Source: an uncultured Planctomycetota bacterium
GTDB lineage: Bacteria; Planctomycetota; Planctomycetia; Isosphaerales; Isosphaeraceae
Length of the DNA: 64,000 nt
Assembly (NCBI GenBank): GCA_963737655.1
Contig: CAVTTN010000002.1
Coordinates: 6,880,001 to 6,944,000 of the forward strand
Direction: 5' to 3'
The position numbers were made by a program, and so were the translations under genes. Below are positions 59,675 to 64,000 of this stretch, piece after piece. How positions within the stretch are numbered: position 1 is the first letter of the stretch; each line of letters begins with the position of its first letter. The notes under the pieces were generated by a model that was not told the DNA's origin, made no database searches, and worked only from the letters and a program-made list of their open reading frames with translations.

Positions 59675-62284
59675 CTAGTCGAAGTAGTTCGCGCCCCCGG
59701 ACGACGCTCCGCCCGGGTCTTGGTCGTCGAAATAGGAGGCATCGGGTCTCGGCTCCGGCGGCCGGGGCTCCGGGCGGGGCGGGGGAGCCGGCCTCGGGGC
59801 CTCGGGTTCGGGGTCGAGCGCGCCGAAGTAATCGCTGTCCGCCGGGTGCCGGCTCCTCGGGGCCTCGTTGGTTTCGGTCTGGGCCGAGGACGCCGGCCTC
59901 GCTCGTTCCCCGCGACGGCCTCTCAACCACTTGCGGATGGCCCGGATCACCAGCGCCGCGACGATCAGGACTACCGCCAGGCCGGCCAGGAAGTCGCCGC
60001 TGACGAGGAGGCTGCCGATCTCATCCTTCCAGAAGCTCCGAGGCCAGACGACGACCCGCCGGCTATAGGCGCGGCCGATCAAACGATCGTTGGCGTCGGT
60101 CCCGACCAGGGCCAGCCGGGCCACCCGGAGCCGGGGCCTCCGGTCCTCGATCTCCGAGGAGTTCGCGGGGAGGTCCGTGATGTCGATATCGAAGTCGAGG
60201 AACAGGCGGTCCTCGCCCTTCGGCAGATCGAACCCGGAGGACTCTGACTCTTTCGGGGCCCCGCCCTTTTTCGGCTCGGACTTTCCCGCGGTCAACAGGA
60301 CGGTCTGACTCGGATCGTCGGGACTGGCCTGGGCGCGGTTCTGGGAGATCACGTCATTGGAGGAGTCGTGCGTGGCCCCCGACTTCCCCTGCCATTTCAG
60401 GACGTGAATCTTCGGGCTGTCCTTGTCGTTGGGATAGGCGACTTCCCTGGCGGTCAGGGCTTCGTCCGAGTCGGAAGCGAAGAAGAGACCGGTGAAGCTC
60501 AGGCGAAGGTCTTCCCGGGCGGCCAGGCCCAGCCCGAAGCTGTTGGCCTGGTTCGTGCAGACCTCGCTGCCGGCGCCTCCGGGATGCCGAAACTCATGGG
60601 GAGGTTTCGGGCGGGGATCGAAGACGAGCCACCAGGGGGGCACCATGTCGGTGAAGACCTGGATCGTGAGGTCGTCGGAGTCGGTCGCCAGGCTCTCCCC
60701 CTCGATCACCGAGCGGATCACGCACCTCTGGTCCTTGAGGCTCTCGAACCAGTCGGGCGGGGCGCCCGCCTCCGGCTTTTCGACGTCGTTGAGGTCGGGG
60801 TCATCGGCGTGATAGATTCGCACCGAGTAGGTCCCGGTCGCCGTCGCGGACGGCTCGGAGGCGGGCAGGCGGGTCCATCCCCGATATCGCAACGCGCCGG
60901 GGGGGCCTTCGCGGTTCAGGTCGATGAACCCGAGGAATTCTCCGGGGTCGCCGTCCTGGGGCGGGACCTTCATCCTCCGAAGCTCGGCGGCGAGGATCTC
61001 GGGCGGCTCGGCGGCCTTCGCCCCGGCCCGCGGCCGGAACGCGGCGACGACCGAGATGGTTTCGCCCGGGAGGGGCAGGGTCGGCGTGACCGCCAGGCCC
61101 GAGGCGACGGCGCTCTTTGCCGAGGACCGGCTCCTCGGGCCCTCGGCCGGCCTCGCCCGATCGTTGGGCCTCCAGGAGGCGTACGCCTGGATGGTCCCGA
61201 CCCGCAGCAAGGGCGGCAAATAGGTCGTGATGGTGTGGCGGCGGACCCGGACGCGGCCCATCTCCTGGGGGGGCGCTTCCTGGGTCCTCTGGAGGATCAG
61301 GGCGTCGAGCCCGGGGTCGGCCCAGTCTTCGCCCAGCTCGAATTTCGGCTCGCGAGGGACCTGGATCGGGTCCCAGGCCCAGTCCTGAGGCCCGGCGTCC
61401 CCCGGCTTGTTCCGGGAGATCGGGAAGACGACGTCGCTGGGGGCGGTTCGCAGGGGCAAGGGCAGCTTCACGAGCGGGGAGCCGTCCTGGTCGAGTTCGA
61501 GCCACCATCCCGGGTCCAGCTCCGCCTCGGCCGAATCGAGCCCGACTTCCTCGATCACGACGGAGACCTCGGGACTCTGGCCGACTCGCTCCGCCGAACC
61601 CGGCTTCACCTGGACGGTGGACGGCAAGACCCTTCCCCCCGCGATCGTCAGGGTCACCGGCTGTTTGAGGTGGATCTGCTGGCCGTCGTGGAGCCGGTCG
61701 TTGCGGATCTCGAAGATCAGCTCGCCCTCGAAGATCCCGGCGCCGACCGTGGCCAGGAGCTTGTCCGCTCCCCGGAGCGTGAGGCTGAGCTCGCCGCGAT
61801 CGTCGCGACCGAGGCGAGACAGCTCACCGACCACGATCCAACCCTCGCCGGGTCGTCCGGAAGTCTCCAGGACGATGGTGTCGCCCGGGTCGGCGGGGTT
61901 GCCACCCTTGCGGGTCAGCCGGAGAGGGCGGCCGGACGTCTCGAGCCGGAATTCCAGGGACGGTTCCGATTCGCCCGCCGATCGCCCGAGGACCGTGGGC
62001 TCGAACAGGTTCTCGTGGAGGGCCGCGCCGATCGCGATCGGGGGGAAGACCAGTCCGCCTTGATGATCTTTCTTGAAGGTGCCCGATATCTCGCCCGAGC
62101 CGCCGAGAAAATATTTGGCCAGGCCCGAATCAAGGGGCTTGGCGATATCGATCCGATATTCGGGCAATGGAATCGCGGGAATGGAGTCGTCGGCGGCCCC
62201 CGGGGCGACACACATCAGGACGAGGCCGGCCGTCGCGATCGCCCGGAGGGGGAGGGGGCGGGGCTGTCGGCCTGCGGATTTCAT
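59675..62284 (-). CDS. Large type-I membrane protein (signal peptide, beta-rich ectodomain, C-terminal TM and disordered tail)
   Basis: Signal RAIATAGLVLMCVAPGAA; TM FLAGLAVVLIVAALVIRAIRK; Pro-rich tail with three YF motifs. Confidence 0.78.
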   Translation of the reverse strand: MKSAGRQPRPLPLRAIATAGLVLMCVAPGAADDSIPAIPLPEYRIDIAKPLDSGLAKYFLGGSGEISGTFKKDHQGGLVFPPIAIGAALHENLFEPTVLGRSAGESEPSLEFRLETSGRPLRLTRKGGNPADPGDTIVLETSGRPGEGWIVVGELSRLGRDDRGELSLTLRGADKLLATVGAGIFEGELIFEIRNDRLHDGQQIHLKQPVTLTIAGGRVLPSTVQVKPGSAERVGQSPEVSVVIEEVGLDSAEAELDPGWWLELDQDGSPLVKLPLPLRTAPSDVVFPISRNKPGDAGPQDWAWDPIQVPREPKFELGEDWADPGLDALILQRTQEAPPQEMGRVRVRRHTITTYLPPLLRVGTIQAYASWRPNDRARPAEGPRSRSSAKSAVASGLAVTPTLPLPGETISVVAAFRPRAGAKAAEPPEILAAELRRMKVPPQDGDPGEFLGFIDLNREGPPGALRYRGWTRLPASEPSATATGTYSVRIYHADDPDLNDVEKPEAGAPPDWFESLKDQRCVIRSVIEGESLATDSDDLTIQVFTDMVPPWWLVFDPRPKPPHEFRHPGGAGSEVCTNQANSFGLGLAAREDLRLSFTGLFFASDSDEALTAREVAYPNDKDSPKIHVLKWQGKSGATHDSSNDVISQNRAQASPDDPSQTVLLTAGKSEPKKGGAPKESESSGFDLPKGEDRLFLDFDIDITDLPANSSEIEDRRPRLRVARLALVGTDANDRLIGRAYSRRVVVWPRSFWKDEIGSLLVSGDFLAGLAVVLIVAALVIRAIRKWLRGRRGERARPASSAQTETNEAPRSRHPADSDYFGALDPEPEAPRPAPPPRPEPRPPEPRPDASYFDDQDPGGASSGGANYFD

Positions 62285-62428
62285 GGGTGCCGGACCTCCT
62301 ACCCCGCCCGTCAACAACGGCGGCGGGGCGCATCGTCCCGGATCGCCCGGACCCTCCCGAGCGGGGGCCCGTGGCTCGGCCGAGACATCTCGATCCGATC
62401 TTAGAGGCTCTCCGACCCCGAAGCAAGT

Positions 62429-63843
62429 GTGCACGGGGCGATCGACGGAGGCCCCGAGGCCGGGGCCTCCTGTCCGGGCGGGGTCGTTGCCGGTAGGATG
62501 ATCCGGCCGTCGGCGAACGGCCCCGCCCCGGCCCGAGGCGTCGGGGGCGAGGCCGCTGGCCGCGAGGCGGAAGGAGCGTTCCGGTGGCCGCGGCGTACAA
62601 GGGGGTCGACCTGACCCATCCGCTCTGGCTCCTGGCCGAGCCCGCGCGATCGAAGGGAGACCTCGTGCCCTCGACCGGCTCGTCGCCGGGCAAGTGGCCC
62701 ACGACCCCGATTTTCAAGGCCGACCGCGACTTCTGGACCCGGGCCCTGGACGCCCTGACCATCCCCGAGCCGCCCGCCGAGCCGTTCCCCTCGACGCCGA
62801 TCGGCGAGACCATCAAGGAGCTGGTGGCCGGCGGCGGCGGCAGGTTCGCCGAGGCCGTTTTCAACAATCAGGACTTCCCCAATCTCTGGGTCGCGCTGGC
62901 CGTCCCCTATCGGACCCCCCGGCTGATCCTCAAGGACCTGCACCATCTCTTCGGCTCCCGGATTTTGAACCTGGGGATCAAGAAGGAGAAGCTCTCCGTC
63001 GTCGAGGCGCCGGTGGCCCTGGCGACCGAGTTCGCCGCCCAGGAGCAGGAGCAGGGATGGCTCGACGAGCCGACGCCCCTGGTCCTCCTGACCGGCGAGC
63101 CGCCGATGCGCGAGCTGACCGCCGCGACGGTTCGGAGGGCCGAGAAGGCCCTGAGGATCGAGGTGACGGCGCACGCCGTGATCGATCCGGCCGACCCGTC
63201 CGGTTCGCTCTCCCGGTTCGCCGAGGCCCTCCCGGCCGATCGCGCCTCGCGATTGGTCCACCCGGGGATGACCGAGGCAGCCGGCCAGGTGGCCGCCCTC
63301 CTGGGCGATCGGGTCGGGCCGGAGCTCGACCTCCAGGCCCATGCCGTGGCCGTTGGCGCCGTCCGCTACGGGCTGCTTTTGGAGAAGCAACCCTCGTTGA
63401 ACAAGCCGATCAGCCAGGTCGAAGTGAAGCGGATCGCACCGTGGGCGATCGGCGTCCTCGGGACCAATCGCTCCGGGGACTTCTGGTGCTGGAGGCGGCT
63501 GATCGAGCGGGGGGCGGCCATCTCCGCCGAGCCGGCGTTGCTCCCGATCCTGGCCCGGCGATCGACCATCGAACCGCTGGTCCTGGCCGAATGCGACCGG
63601 CCCGATCACGCCGAACGCCTCTGGATCGCCCGGAAGGACACGCTTTCCCCGCCGGATGAGGCCCGGCGCCGGGACTGGGCCTCCGCCGGCCTGCGATGGC
63701 ACGACGTGGACGCCCGGGTCGAGATCCCCTCGTCGCCCGCCTTCCAGTGGAGGCATTCGTTCCTCGACCGAAGTCGATGGAATCCCCGATGCGAATGCGT
63801 CTCGTGGAAGGTCGTGGCGGCCGACTCGGACGCCGATCCGTGA
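62429..63843 (+). CDS. Degenerate Hsp70-like protein (probable frameshift ~62590; ORF 62584-63843 is the certain part)
   Basis: GAIDGG (cf. GIDLG) in ORF 62429; ALAVPY (cf. VITVPAY), VVEAPVALA (cf. INEPTAAA), HAVAVGAV (cf. EAVA.GAA), APWAIGV (cf. TPLSLGI), LIERG (cf. LIERN). Confidence 0.6.
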
Positions 63844-63875
63844 TCGAATTCGCTGGATTCGTCGCCCGGGGCGCG

Positions 63876-64000
63876 TTAGAAGGGGATCCTCTCGCCGGCC
63901 CGGTCCTCGGCCGGGCGGTGACGTGACCCGGAACGAGGCAGTGCGATGGCCGCGAGCGGGCGTCCGCCGGTTTCGGGGTTCGCCGCCCCTCCCCGGGCCT
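63876..64000 (-). CDS. Possible 3' end of a gene entering from outside the window (...GERIPF*)
   Basis: Open frame to window edge ending in TAA; weak. Confidence 0.3.
   Translation of the reverse strand, partial: ARGGAANPETGGRPLAAIALPRSGSRHRPAEDRAGERIPF

Overview
High-GC bacterial DNA, almost certainly a planctomycete of Isosphaera/Singulisphaera type. This call rests on two DUF1559 prepilin-like genes and several secreted proteins with the planctomycete 'LE.R.LL' N-terminal motif. About ten genes, including housekeeping pgsA and addA, are broken by 1-2 bp indels in G/C tracts; these are most likely read or assembly errors, so the split ORFs are joined below. Layout: (i) 0.7-6.5 kb, a ubiquitin-like conjugation neighbourhood (E1/ThiF, membrane-anchored JAB protease, Ste24-like M48 protease, membrane protein with a prokaryotic RING finger); (ii) GTAG-type REP/REPIN elements whose TAG supplies the stop codon of three genes; (iii) ordinary accessory genes (AlkB-like monooxygenase, ParDE, DUF1559s, adhesins, ExeA/CpsD-like pair, transglutaminase-elicitor-like protein, CarH-like B12 regulator, matrixin); (iv) housekeeping rimO-pgsA-uppP-addB-addA, with a 358-bp direct-repeat-flanked insertion at the rimO 5' end; (v) tRNA-Arg(UCG) followed by a ~20-kb cluster. 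That cluster encodes a GYF_2 membrane protein, TIR-pseudokinase, zinc-ribbon protein, membrane protein, giant tubulin/FtsZ-like protein, Hsp70-like ATPase, GrpE-like protein, secreted vWA protein, type-I membrane protein and a second, degenerate Hsp70-like protein. It is the best candidate for an uncharacterised system. All family calls come from motif recognition by eye; no searches were run.
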